Of a DNA stretch of 64,000 bases, positions 37,113 through 46,926 are shown piece by piece. Within the stretch, counting starts at the first letter, position 1; each line of letters starts with the position of its first letter. This stretch comes from a virus. A program made the translations under genes and the position numbers. Under the pieces are notes generated by a model, which saw only the letters and a program-made list of their open reading frames with translations, did not search any database and was not told where the DNA came from. The stretch is from IMG/VR virus record IMGVR_UViG_3300031470_000033, positions 14,222 through 78,221 of that record; one strand, written 5' to 3'.

Positions 37113-37150
37113 ACCGCCCCTCCTGTCTGCTCATACTTTTGCATAAATAC

Positions 37151-37175
37151 ATTATAGCATATGTGCAATATAGCA
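37151..37175 (-). promoter_or_regulatory. Extended -10 promoter (TGCTATAAT) for the par block with a TGCTATA direct repeat; candidate operator/parS
   Basis: Plus-strand ATTATAGCA at 37151-37159; TATAGCA again at 37169-37175; AT-rich; GGAGG RBS before parA. Confidence 0.55.
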
Positions 37176-37226
37176 GTTTCATGACGCGCAAGACGGCGCG
37201 TTTGCGCGTAAAGGGTAATACAAACA

Positions 37227-37266
37227 CAAGGGGGCCGGCGCTACAGTGGTAGCGCCGGCCCCCTTG
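37227..37266 (-). terminator. Intrinsic terminator separating the phage early operon from the par/conjugation block
   Basis: 18-bp perfect inverted repeat CAAGGGGGCCGGCGCTAC/GTAGCGCCGGCCCCCTTG followed by TGTTTGTATT on the minus strand. Confidence 0.7.
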
Positions 37267-37324
37267 CGCGCGAATGCCATGGATCGCCAAGTGTATAAAG
37301 TGTCACCATGACACCAACCGTGTG

Positions 37325-39582
37325 TCAACCAAAGCGCCCGCGCTTCTCAACGGCATCCAGCAATTCCCATACCTGCCGGAGATCATCTATGTCATCGGCT
37401 ACGGCGTGGCGACGCGCGCGATCCTGCTCGCCATCCAAACGCGCCTGCGCGGACGCCGACAGGACGGCCATGGCGTGCTTGGCGCGCTCGTACCAGTACG
37501 CAATGGGCCTATCCGTTGCGTCTATGTCCACGTCTGCCTCGTGGTCGGCAGCAATGTGATACCCATGGGCGCGCTTCTCGTCCATCACCAGCCCCATCCC
37601 ATGCTGTCGCTGACCAGAACAAGAAGAACCCATGTAAACAAACCAGCGGCCATGCCAACGGGGACCATGACCCACAACGTCGGGGCGAGGAGGCCGATGA
37701 GCAACGCCGCGCCCAATCCCGCGCTGACCGTCACAACTGCTGGAAGAATGATGTAAACCAGGATGACAAAGGGCAGGCCAAAAAGGATCGCCGCCGTGAG
37801 GACTACGGCGTCTTTGGTGATCCCCCAGAGCGTCACCCGCTCAACGCCACCCCTCCCACTGGTGATCGCTATCCTCCACCTTTCTTGTCTCATTGGCGCC
37901 ATGCCCCCCTTTGTCATCCCTTCACCCGCCCCTCACAGGTTGCCCGTCGTCATCCACGAAAATCACGTTATTCAGCATCCGCGCCAGTAGCGTGACCAAC
38001 GTGGTCTGCGTGTCAAAGAAACCACGACAGGCTACCCCTGGCCCCGTGCGGTCGTGCCCGTGGCGCATGGTGAAACTATGGCACTCCTGATAGCCGCCCG
38101 TGGCCTCGATGCGCTTCAGGCGATCCTCTAGAGAGTCGTGGCTAATCGGGGATCGCTTGCCAAAGATGCACGATTCACAACGTTTGTGACGCACGTGGAA
38201 TGTGCCCTGATCTAGACATGGCGCCTTGCTCATAATTCCCACCCCTCTCCGCTATACGAGCGCCGCGTGCAACGGCATCGCGTTAAACACATCAAACGAC
38301 CTGTCCCCGTTCCGCTCCTCCTCATCGCGGGCTAGGGCATTGACCTGTGCCACCGCTTGCTCCCACGAGGCGTACGACTCACCCACGAGCATGGCGTGCA
38401 TGATCGCGCCCTCCGGCCCCTCGCCCTCATGCGCCTCATTGGGCTCCAGCCACCGCGCCACCACGTAGTACATCGCCTTCTAACCCTCCTTGCCAGACAC
38501 GTCCATCAGCACGCCCCGCTCATCGTCGCCGTAGGTCGGACACGGCACACGCACATCCTGCACGCAGAACGGCCCCACCTCAACGCGCCCGTGCGCCAGC
38601 GCGCCGCACCGCTCGTGCTGACAGGTCGCGGCCCAGTCGTCATCAGGGCCATCCTCGCCGCCTTCACGCGCTCCCAGGACGTGGCCGTTAGCCGCCGCAA
38701 CGGTCAGCACGTCATACCATGTCGCCACGACATCCGTTGAACACTCGCTCACGCTTTCCTCCTGCTCCTACTACTCCTTACCCGTCGCGCCGTATTTGGC
38801 GCGTAGCGAAGCAAAGAGGGCGCGGTCTTGTTTCTCCCTGTCGCGCTTCTCACGCGCACGAAACGCGGCCACGCTGGCGTTGAACTCAGCCGTGCGCTTC
38901 TCGCGCTCGGCGGCGTCCCACATGTACGCAAGGGGCATCTCGCCTTCCTCCTCCAGCATGTGCCCGTACTCGTTCGCATAGACCCGACAAAAGGCCAGTT
39001 GCCCCTGCTCATCAACGCCCTGGGGCGTGTATTCGTCAGGACAGTCGTCAGTGTGATCCAGGTGGTACTCCGAATACCACCCCATGGGCGTATGCCGCGC
39101 GTAATGACAGATCGCGTCCCGCGCCTGCGTTAGAAAGCGCATATAGGCGGCTTCATCACGGGCACAGGTAGCGTGATCCGTATACGGCGTATAGTTGTCT
39201 ATCTCGTCATCGTTCGTCATCGCTTGTTGGTCTCCCGATACTGCAACGACATGACCACGCCATCCAGTCCCTTAAAATCTACGCCGCCGGCCAGCGCCGC
39301 CTTGACGACATCGCTGACCAGCAGATCAACCTCGGTCGCGCCATCTTCCCAGGCCGCATCCTGCGCGGGGGAACTCACGATCGCGTACCGCTCCCCGTTG
39401 TAACTGATTTCAAAGCGCAGGTAGGGGCGCCCGTCTGGCCCATCGGCCGGCGCGTCCTCGACAGGGCCAAACCAGGCCGCGCGCTCGTACCGCGCCTTCT
39501 GAGCGTCCTGGGCTTGCCCTAACCGCTCCCGACCGACTGCCGTCAGATCGCCGCGCATCGTAGCTGTGTATGTCTCGTTCAT
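37325..39582 (-). other. Run of seven small coupled hypothetical early genes (37325-37585, 37585-37917 membrane, 37922-38242 Cys-rich, 38252-38473, 38480-38752, 38771-39220, 39217-39582)
   Basis: Same strand, GGAGG-type RBSs and start/stop overlaps; no function recognised. Confidence 0.55.
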
Positions 39583-39983
39583 GCGGCCCCTTCCTGTTCA
39601 TCGCTGGCGTCCCATATCTCAATACGGACGCCGCGCTTTGGGCCTTTCTCCTGCCGCACGTCTAAATCAAGGTGGTCGGGAGCGTCATCTATTAATAGAC
39701 TGCCCCCGTGTTTGGCCGTGAGACCATCTATGGCCCCTTTCAGCGAACTATAGGCATTGTCTTGATCTTTGGGCAGACCGCCGACACGGACCAAAGTACA
39801 GACGACGCGAACACGCCCTAACGGGGCCGGGATAGATGACCAGTACTCACGGCACAGCCACGCGACCGTATCCCGGTAGTACATCTTGTCGCGGATGCGT
39901 GAACGTAACGTTCCGCCGCCGTTCGGCCCCTTCGGATGTCCGTCAACCCAGATCGTGCAAAGTGGTGGCTTTGTATCGCTCAC
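39579..39983 (-). CDS. rusA: RusA-like Holliday junction resolvase
   Basis: PKDQDNAYSSLKGAIDGL..LLIDD followed by GVRIEI matches the RusA D.DN..K..D.L..DD pattern. Confidence 0.7.
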   Translation of the reverse strand: MSDTKPPLCTIWVDGHPKGPNGGGTLRSRIRDKMYYRDTVAWLCREYWSSIPAPLGRVRVVCTLVRVGGLPKDQDNAYSSLKGAIDGLTAKHGGSLLIDDAPDHLDLDVRQEKGPKRGVRIEIWDASDEQEGAA

Positions 39984-40399
39984 GGCGCACCGCCTTCGGA
40001 GTCCCCGGCGTCGATGTACGCGCCAGGAGGCAACGTAACGGGTGGTGGCCCCTCGGTTGACAGAACGCCTTCCCCATCACAGGACGGACACGCCACGGTA
40101 TCAGTGTTGGGCGCGTGGCCGTGCCCCTGACACTGCGGGCACTCGACAAGGTTCCCCCACGCTCGCTCGACCGTGCCATCAGGACGCCGCACTACCCCTG
40201 ACTTCGTGGACACGGGGCACTGTGTGTGTAACGCAAGGCCCATAACCGCGTTATGACCCCTGTCCTCAAGCCATGCCACGCACCCCTTGTTCGTGCAAGT
40301 CGTGCGATCCTCGTTGCCCTTGTCGCCGAGTGGGTCTAGGCGATGCTCGTTCCAGATTGCACGGCCTATCGCCTCGTTACGTGTGAGTCCTGCAACCAT
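39980..40399 (-). CDS. Zinc-finger hypothetical protein
   Basis: CPQCQGHG and CPSCDGEG motifs. Confidence 0.5.
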   Translation of the reverse strand: MVAGLTRNEAIGRAIWNEHRLDPLGDKGNEDRTTCTNKGCVAWLEDRGHNAVMGLALHTQCPVSTKSGVVRRPDGTVERAWGNLVECPQCQGHGHAPNTDTVACPSCDGEGVLSTEGPPPVTLPPGAYIDAGDSEGGAP

Positions 40400-41343
40400 T
40401 ATGCGCCCCCTGCTGCGGGCCGCTTCCCCGCCAGGTCTTCCAGTCGCTTGATGCCGTTCTCTGCGGTCGTCTTGTTGGCTCGCACATCGGCCACGGTCTG
40501 CCGGATGCCCGCGCGCAACTCCTCCGTTTCCCCGCGCGCCTGTCGCAACTTGTCTTCATACCAGGTCACGTACTCCTCATGGCCCATGATTCGATTGAGC
40601 CGAGCGAAATCACCAAAAAGGAGACGAGCGGCGTCGTTATAAGCCCCTGCTGCTTCGTGCGCGCTATCGAACACGCCCAGATGACGCGCCCTCCCCTCGA
40701 CGGTGATAGCGGCAACCCAGCATGTGCCCTTCGAATGTACCCACACGCCTTTATAACCGCTAAGGGCTTGATTTTTTTTCAGGATATTGCGTCCGTTCTC
40801 CATGTGCGTCGCTTCACGCAGATTGCACATGCGATTATCTAACCTGTTCCCGGAAACGTGATCAACCTCTTTCCCTTCGGGCACAGGCAGAATAACGCGA
40901 TGCATCCACACAGATGCGTCGTCTTTTTGCGAAGATCGTGCGGCGTAGCCGTAATGTGTCACATGCCACTTGAACTGCGCCAGGTAATCGTACACACACG
41001 CATCAACATACGCGACACGACCCTGCGTCAGCGGGATAACGCGCATGTCGCGGTCGTAAATGTCTGGTAAGGTGTACGCCCTTTTCGCCGCAGGATGGTC
41101 CAGCCACGAGTGCGGTTTAGGGATGCTGAGTTTCGCACGCACGGCGAGAAGTGTAGCGCGCTTCGCCACTCGCTCAGGGGCAGCTTTCACATACTGACGC
41201 CAACATGCCTTGCACAGCGTGTCATACCCATCTTTCTGGCTCTGCTTCTTTGGAAAACTCGATAGATCCTTAGGTTGACCACATTGACGGCAAACGCGTC
41301 GCGCATCGGGCTTAACAAGCGAAATTACTGAGGTCACATCCAT
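40399..41343 (-). CDS. HNH-AP2 homing endonuclease with N-terminal zinc finger and extra C-terminal coiled coil
   Basis: CRQC..C.AC; WMHRVIL..EVDHVSGNRLDNRMCNLR; SGYKGV..W.A.I...HLG.F..A.EAA..YN.AA..LFGDFARLN. Confidence 0.85.
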   Translation of the reverse strand: MDVTSVISLVKPDARRVCRQCGQPKDLSSFPKKQSQKDGYDTLCKACWRQYVKAAPERVAKRATLLAVRAKLSIPKPHSWLDHPAAKRAYTLPDIYDRDMRVIPLTQGRVAYVDACVYDYLAQFKWHVTHYGYAARSSQKDDASVWMHRVILPVPEGKEVDHVSGNRLDNRMCNLREATHMENGRNILKKNQALSGYKGVWVHSKGTCWVAAITVEGRARHLGVFDSAHEAAGAYNDAARLLFGDFARLNRIMGHEEYVTWYEDKLRQARGETEELRAGIRQTVADVRANKTTAENGIKRLEDLAGKRPAAGGA

Positions 41344-41418
41344 GGCATGTCTCCCTTCCGTGCTTCTGTATTTAATGAATTATAGCATATTTCTGTACTT
41401 CTGTGGTATACTGGCCGT

Positions 41419-41586
41419 ATGAGACAAAGAGACACAAATCGCCTCACGCTCGATCTACCCCCCGAATTGCATCGGCAAATCAAGGTCAAAGCGGCCCAGG
41501 AAGGGGTGTCTATGCGCGTGCTCATAGAGCGGTGGATTCGCAAGGAACTGCCTGTCGGCGACAGCAGGTCGCCAGCAGACAAGTAA
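41419..41586 (+). CDS. 55-aa RHH/ParG-like regulator, probably leaderless (not in ORF track)
   Basis: My translation MRQRDTNRLTLDLPPELHRQIKVKAAQEGVSMRVLIERWIRKEL...; TGGTATACT extended -10 six nt before ATG. Confidence 0.7.
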   Translation: MRQRDTNRLTLDLPPELHRQIKVKAAQEGVSMRVLIERWIRKELPVGDSRSPADK

Positions 41587-41685
41587 CTACAGGGGGCATG
41601 CCCTTAGCCCACATCACAGTTCCCTGACCAATTGCCCGTCCCCCCGTCCATCAGCGTCACTCCTCTTTGCCCGTGTTGTTAAACG

Positions 41686-43527
41686 TTATTCGCGGTGCCG
41701 CCGATCCGTTTCCAGGGCATCGCGCAAAATCTTACGCGCGCCGCCAACAACGACGGCGCCAAGGACAAACCAGAACAGCCAGGCGAGGCCATTAATAAAC
41801 AACCAGATTGCGCCACCTATGACCGCCACGGCCATGCCCGCACAACCAATGATCGTGGCGGCCAGAAGCGCCCCGCCTGTCCCATCTGGCATCGCCATCA
41901 CCAGCCAGTCATAGTAGGCAAACCAGCGGGCCGGCCATGGCTTCGCTAACGCCTTGCGCCGCAAGCCCACTTCATAACTGTCGCGCTGAACGGTGGGTGG
42001 CCATTCGCGGTCAACGCCATTCATGCCGCACTCTCCTTCTGTCCCACTATCACCTCCACTAGCGCGCGCCCCGGTGGGGCATCGCTCCCCGTCGCCCGCC
42101 AGCGCGTCCAACCGCGCTGGGCATCGGCGTCCGTGCGGTATGTCCGCGACACAAACACCTTATCGGCGTCGGCCTGCACCATCCACGCGTCGCGCCCGTT
42201 GCCGACGCCGCGCCACAAGATGTAGCCGTCCTCGCTGCCAACCACGGTCTCCATTGCTGCCATTAGTTGCCCTCCCTGTCCAACGCAATATCCAGCCGGG
42301 CCGCTACTTGCGCTAGCACATCCCGCGCACTCCCGGTGTTGTCGGCGTGCATTGTCCTGAGCCACAACGGAAAGCCGGGCGGAAGCGTTGGCGGCGTCTG
42401 CCCCCTTGGCCCGAGGCTCGCCACGCCATAAATCGGCGCGCACCCGCCATAGATGGCCGCTAACTGCTCTGGCGTCAGGCCGTACGGGTGTTGCTGTGCC
42501 AGCATATGTCCTCCTCGATTCATCGTCGCGCCTCCTGACGGCTCTCAGCGCCGTGCAGCGGCGCATCCTCTGGCCGCGCATGGGTGCACGCGCCGCAGTC
42601 CATACCCTTGGCGTCGCACAGGGAGCACATCTCCCGGCCGCAGGCCGCGCACCGGCGCCACGTCGCGCCCTCTGGCGCTGGACGGCACAGGAAGCACAGC
42701 CCAGAAGGGTCGCGCGTCAGCACGCCCTCACAAGCAGCGCACACCACCGACGCCGCAACGACCTCGGCCGACTTGGCCGGCAACACCACACCCAGCGCGG
42801 CTATCGTCGCCGTCCGACGCGGGGCCAGATGATTGGCCCACCACGCATCTTTGCACACGCCCACGCACACGCGGCCCGCGAGGAATGAACATGCACCGTA
42901 GCCGTGGGCTACCGGCACGGTCTCGCGGCCCTCTACCCGTTCGTTACACCAGCAGCAGCGCGTGCCGCGCGCTCGCTCGCGGCTCTCCCTCCAGCGTCGA
43001 AGCATAGCCCCTCCTGTGTCCTCTCAAGCCCGTATGCGGCCTTTCGATTACACCGTATATGTGTCAATCGTGCGGCAAAACCTTGATACCCTCGACCAGC
43101 CGCCGCGCTACGTTTACCCCCTCGTAAAACCCGTGCCAGTACGACGGGTCGGACGAGTCGCAGGCAAGATTGTTGAAGGCGGCGACTAGGGCATCGCCAA
43201 TGCCTGCCATCGTTTCGCCTATGGTCGTTGCAATCGCTAGGTTGCCCTGGATTGCCTGCTGCACCTGGTCGTGGAGCATCTGGCGCACTTCCCGCTCACT
43301 CATGCTGTCTCCTCCATCCGTGGCCCAATAATCCGCCACGCCATGTCCCATTCCTCGACGCTGCGATAGGTGGCCACGAGGGCGCCGAGCCGGTTGTTGC
43401 TAGCCGGCGCATACAACTCAACACGGTAGGCGCCGTCTGCCTCACGGACCATTGCGCGCCCGCCCGTCACCTCAGAGATGCGCCGTGCCAACTGCCCCGC
43501 GTCAGCCCCGGTCATTGTTGCTGCCAT
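41686..43527 (-). other. Run of small hypothetical early genes (41686-42024 membrane, 42021-42263, 42263-42505, 42520-43005 Cys-rich, 43064-43303, 43300-43527)
   Basis: Coupled starts/stops and RBSs; no function recognised. Confidence 0.5.
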
Positions 43528-43981
43528 GTTGCTCCTCTACGTTGGTGGCGACGCGCTTACCTGCCACGAACCACCCGCCCAGGACCAAGCGCGGCCTATC
43601 CGAAAACCGCGCGGCCATGGCTGTCGTCTGAATCTGGAAGTCAACAGGGAGGCCCGTCATGTGTCGCGCCGTGAGCGCATAGGCCATACTAAACGATGCC
43701 CATGGCGTATTCGGGCGCGACTCACCATAGCGGTCGCCGCAGTACCGCTTAAACTCTAGGTTGCCCAGGACAAGCCGCACGTCGATATCGTGCGAGTCAC
43801 GCTCCGTCAGGGCCGTCCCCACCAGCCACGGGTAAACCCTGAAGGCGTCGTAGACAACCTGCCCGAATTGGTGAAACAGCAATAGGCCAGGCATCCCCGT
43901 AGCACGCGCCTCAGTCACCCAGAGGTCGTCGGACACCCCGAATGTCTTGGCGTACCACGCAGCATCACGTTTCTCTGTCAT
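43502..43981 (-). CDS. Minimal nucleotidyltransferase-like protein (Pol beta superfamily)
   Basis: WLVGTAL...HDIDVRLVL...TGLPVDFQIQ: G[S/T]..D.D..D catalytic pattern. Confidence 0.6.
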   Translation of the reverse strand: MTEKRDAAWYAKTFGVSDDLWVTEARATGMPGLLLFHQFGQVVYDAFRVYPWLVGTALTERDSHDIDVRLVLGNLEFKRYCGDRYGESRPNTPWASFSMAYALTARHMTGLPVDFQIQTTAMAARFSDRPRLVLGGWFVAGKRVATNVEEQHGSNNDRG

Positions 43982-44267
43982 AATCACCTCCTCCTACGCC
44001 TGGCACATCCCTGCGTGCCCCGCTGGCAGCGCGCACAGTGACATTACCCGCGACTGTGGGTCGCGCGTCCTCCCGATCCGGCACGGGGCACGGCTCCCCA
44101 TCGACGGCATCCCGATAGTACAACCGCCCCTCGTAGCAGTCGTGCAGCTCATGCCACGGCCCGTCGTAGCGGCAAAAGTAGACCCAACACCCCGTGCCCA
44201 CGGCGTACCAGCCGTACGGCTCGTGCCCCAGCGCCCGCGCCCGCTGCTCTGCCTCTTCGCGTGTCAT
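43965..44267 (-). CDS. Cys/His-rich small protein, tandem paralog copy A
   Basis: MTREEAEQRARALGHEPY.W...C..Y.CRYDG..HELH.C. Confidence 0.6.
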   Translation of the reverse strand: MTREEAEQRARALGHEPYGWYAVGTGCWVYFCRYDGPWHELHDCYEGRLYYRDAVDGEPCPVPDREDARPTVAGNVTVRAASGARRDVPGVGGGDYDRET

Positions 44268-44482
44268 CGCACGTCCTCCCCTCCCGCGCGGGCGAGCGAG
44301 GGGCACGGCTGATTATCGACCCTATCCCGCCACGGCTTCAACGCCTCGGGGCAGCCGTGCAGCTCGTGCTTTTGCCCGTCGTAGCGGCAATAGTAGCCCC
44401 AGCACCGCTCGCCCATCGCAAACCACCGGTACGGCTCGTGCCCCAGCGCCCGCGCCCGCTCCTCTGCTTCAGCGTGTGTCAT
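44264..44482 (-). CDS. Cys/His-rich small protein, tandem paralog copy B
   Basis: MTHAEAEERARALGHEPY.W...C..Y.CRYDG..HELH.C. Confidence 0.6.
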   Translation of the reverse strand: MTHAEAEERARALGHEPYRWFAMGERCWGYYCRYDGQKHELHGCPEALKPWRDRVDNQPCPSLARAGGEDVR

Positions 44483-44484
44483 GT

Positions 44485-44694
44485 CTACTCCGACCCCTCG
44501 GCTTTCCACACCAACTCCAGCGTCAGGATGCCGACGCTCTCAGCCGCGCGCCCCGGCGGCGCTAACTCCTTTTGCAACGCCAGAAGCGCGGCGTTGTCCT
44601 CAATGGCGGCCCCGCGCTCTATGAAGCGCGCTCGGAACTCCGGCCCCGTCGAGGTGCTGATGGCGTAAGACACAAAATACCTATATAACGTCAT
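44485..44694 (-). CDS. Small hypothetical protein
   Basis: AGGA RBS; 69 aa. Confidence 0.45.
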   Translation of the reverse strand: MTLYRYFVSYAISTSTGPEFRARFIERGAAIEDNAALLALQKELAPPGRAAESVGILTLELVWKAEGSE

Positions 44695-44714
44695 ATTCCT
44701 CTACCCCCCACGTA

Positions 44715-45458
44715 TCAGGCCGTCGCCTCCTGAACGTTTGGCCTGTACACCGTCCCCCGCAGATAGACCGCCCCATTGCGATCGCGCTCAAACAGGTGGT
44801 CGGCCAGGTCGGCAACCTGCATCCCGAGCGCGCTCCGCTGGTACCCGCGCAGCGCCATCATGCGGTTCGCCCGCTCAATGCACTGCTGCACATTGACAGG
44901 GCACGTGTCGCCAATGAGAGCGCACAGATCAACGAGCGCATACGGGGTGTAGCGTTTGAGGAGCACGAGCACCAACATGAGCGTCCAGTCGTTCTCCGCA
45001 TGGACCGGGTGCGTGGTCTGCGCACGCGCCACCTCAGAGGGGTAGAGGCAGTGCAAGCGCGTGCGCACCTCCTGGACGGAGACACCCCGGTAGGCCGCGA
45101 CCACGTTCATAATCGCGCGGGCGCGCGCCAGGAAATCATCGGCGCGCTTCTTGGCGAAATACTGCCGGCGGACGGCGATATCGTGCGCGTACATCGTCGG
45201 GTCAGTGTGGCGCCGCTCGTAGTTGGCGCGGCTTTTCCGCGTCAGACGCCGGGGGTGCCGCATGCGTTCGCGCTTCGTTATTTTGTTGTGGGACGCCTTG
45301 CAGGTCAACGCCCACCCCTCGGGGTACATGCTCGGGCGCCCATCTGAGCGCGTGATGGCCCGCCGACCGAAATAGGCATCGGTCCACGGATGGAAAGTCG
45401 CGCACCCACTACAATAGCGTTGCCCCTCGGGCGCTGCCGGTCGCCGCTGTGTCATCAC
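44715..45458 (-). CDS. Zinc finger plus C-terminal helical DNA-binding domain (loosely DnaA domain IV-like)
   Basis: CSGC..C; NVVAAYRGVSVQEV...LVLLKRYTPYALVDLCALIG. Confidence 0.4.
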   Translation of the reverse strand: MMTQRRPAAPEGQRYCSGCATFHPWTDAYFGRRAITRSDGRPSMYPEGWALTCKASHNKITKRERMRHPRRLTRKSRANYERRHTDPTMYAHDIAVRRQYFAKKRADDFLARARAIMNVVAAYRGVSVQEVRTRLHCLYPSEVARAQTTHPVHAENDWTLMLVLVLLKRYTPYALVDLCALIGDTCPVNVQQCIERANRMMALRGYQRSALGMQVADLADHLFERDRNGAVYLRGTVYRPNVQEATA

Positions 45459-46369
45459 CCCACCTCCCCAGTAGCAGCACCCGCGTCGCCACTGCCACCA
45501 GCCGCCGCGTCAAACGCGGGCGCCTCAACCAGTCCCGCGCACCAACCGCAGAACAGCGCGCCGCCAACCTCAACCCGCTCATAAGGCAGCACCCCTTTGC
45601 CGCACGAGGCGCACAGCCGCGTGACCGCCATGTGGGCGCGCAACCCGCTACCGTTGCCCGCCAGATGCAACCCGCGCCGCCTGTTGGCGAGCGTCGCGTA
45701 TGACAGTCCCATCGCCCTCATGTCAGCCCCCTCCCCTCTTCCGTCACGGTCGCTCCCCCTCCCCTCCCTGGTCGTGTCCCCGTCTCTACCCGGCGCCGAC
45801 CGCATCCCGAGCGCCCGCTCAGCCCCGAGGTCCATCGGCACAGCCGTAGACCCGCCGCTATCTGCGCCATAATCGTAGACGGTGCTCTGCCGGCGGCACC
45901 TCAACGCCAGCGCCACCCCGACGTAGCGCACCCCGTCCGGTGTGTCGCGCTCAATCACCGTCATGAGGCACCAGGCGCACTCAACATAGCGGTAGGGCAT
46001 GCCCCGCCCCACAGGCGGCATCGGCCACCAGACGGCTTCGGGGTCTACGTCGTGCCCCTTGACGGCCGCAAGAAACAGCGCCTCGCCGCGCGTGCCAATA
46101 CCCTCTCTCGGCACGCCCAGCGGCCAGCTTTCAGTCGAGAGTGCGGACGCGTCCGCAGACGGACCCGCGGAGACATGCCGCTGCATCTCCACGCGGCACG
46201 GCTCCCCGTACCGCTCCATCAGAAACGCTTCGGCCAGCCGGCGTGAGCCTGTTGTGATGTGGCCACCACCGGGGATGTCCACGCGCACGCGCCGGCCGGC
46301 GGTCAGATAGCCTCTGTACACGCGCGCCACCTTCTCGCCTTCCTGCCCCTCGATTAGTCGCTTTGCCAT
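45455..46369 (-). CDS. Hypothetical protein
   Basis: 304 aa with three CxxC pairs; coupled to neighbours. Confidence 0.45.
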   Translation of the reverse strand: MAKRLIEGQEGEKVARVYRGYLTAGRRVRVDIPGGGHITTGSRRLAEAFLMERYGEPCRVEMQRHVSAGPSADASALSTESWPLGVPREGIGTRGEALFLAAVKGHDVDPEAVWWPMPPVGRGMPYRYVECAWCLMTVIERDTPDGVRYVGVALALRCRRQSTVYDYGADSGGSTAVPMDLGAERALGMRSAPGRDGDTTREGRGSDRDGRGEGADMRAMGLSYATLANRRRGLHLAGNGSGLRAHMAVTRLCASCGKGVLPYERVEVGGALFCGWCAGLVEAPAFDAAAGGSGDAGAATGEVG

Positions 46370-46401
46370 CGTCTGCCGCCCTCTCTACGCCGTCTGCGCC
46401 G

Positions 46402-46926
46402 TTACACGCATGCCCACTGCCGCGCTATCGCTGTGTAGCCGCCCGTATAAAGCAGCCAGCAAAATAGATGTATTTGCGCGTCATAACTCCACACACCCCG
46501 CCTTTCGGGGTCGTACACCGATAGGCCGGGCGCGAGGCTGGCATCACTCAGTTCGGACGCCTGGATTGCGTAAAAAGTAGCTGGCTTGTATTGCAGCACC
46601 CCCACAACCCCGCTCGGATTCATGGCGTTCACGTCGCCGCCGCTTTCGCAGGCAATCACGCGCTCCACATACGCGCTCGACACGCCGTAGGCGGCTGACC
46701 AGTACGAGACCGAGGCGTCTACTTGGCTATCGGCGTGGACGTGCTTGGGGACGCTTAGGAGCGCCACGGCCAGCGCCACGGCCACGATAGCCCTCCTGCC
46801 TCTACCACCACACCAGAGACAGCCACGGTCCCCACGTCGCGCCGCACGCCCCCTGCGGCGACCGCTGGCCGCGACCGCCCATCCGGCGCTCACCGTCCGC
46901 GTAGTCGTTTCAGTGGCTGTGCTCAC
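46402..46926 (-). CDS. Secreted lytic transglycosylase (SLT/lysozyme-like fold)
   Basis: Signal-like RRAIVAVALAVALLS..HA then VIACESGG..NA.N.SG..GVLQY...TF; true start may be later than ORF start. Confidence 0.7.
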   Translation of the reverse strand: MSTATETTTRTVSAGWAVAASGRRRGRAARRGDRGCLWCGGRGRRAIVAVALAVALLSVPKHVHADSQVDASVSYWSAAYGVSSAYVERVIACESGGDVNAMNPSGVVGVLQYKPATFYAIQASELSDASLAPGLSVYDPERRGVWSYDAQIHLFCWLLYTGGYTAIARQWACV

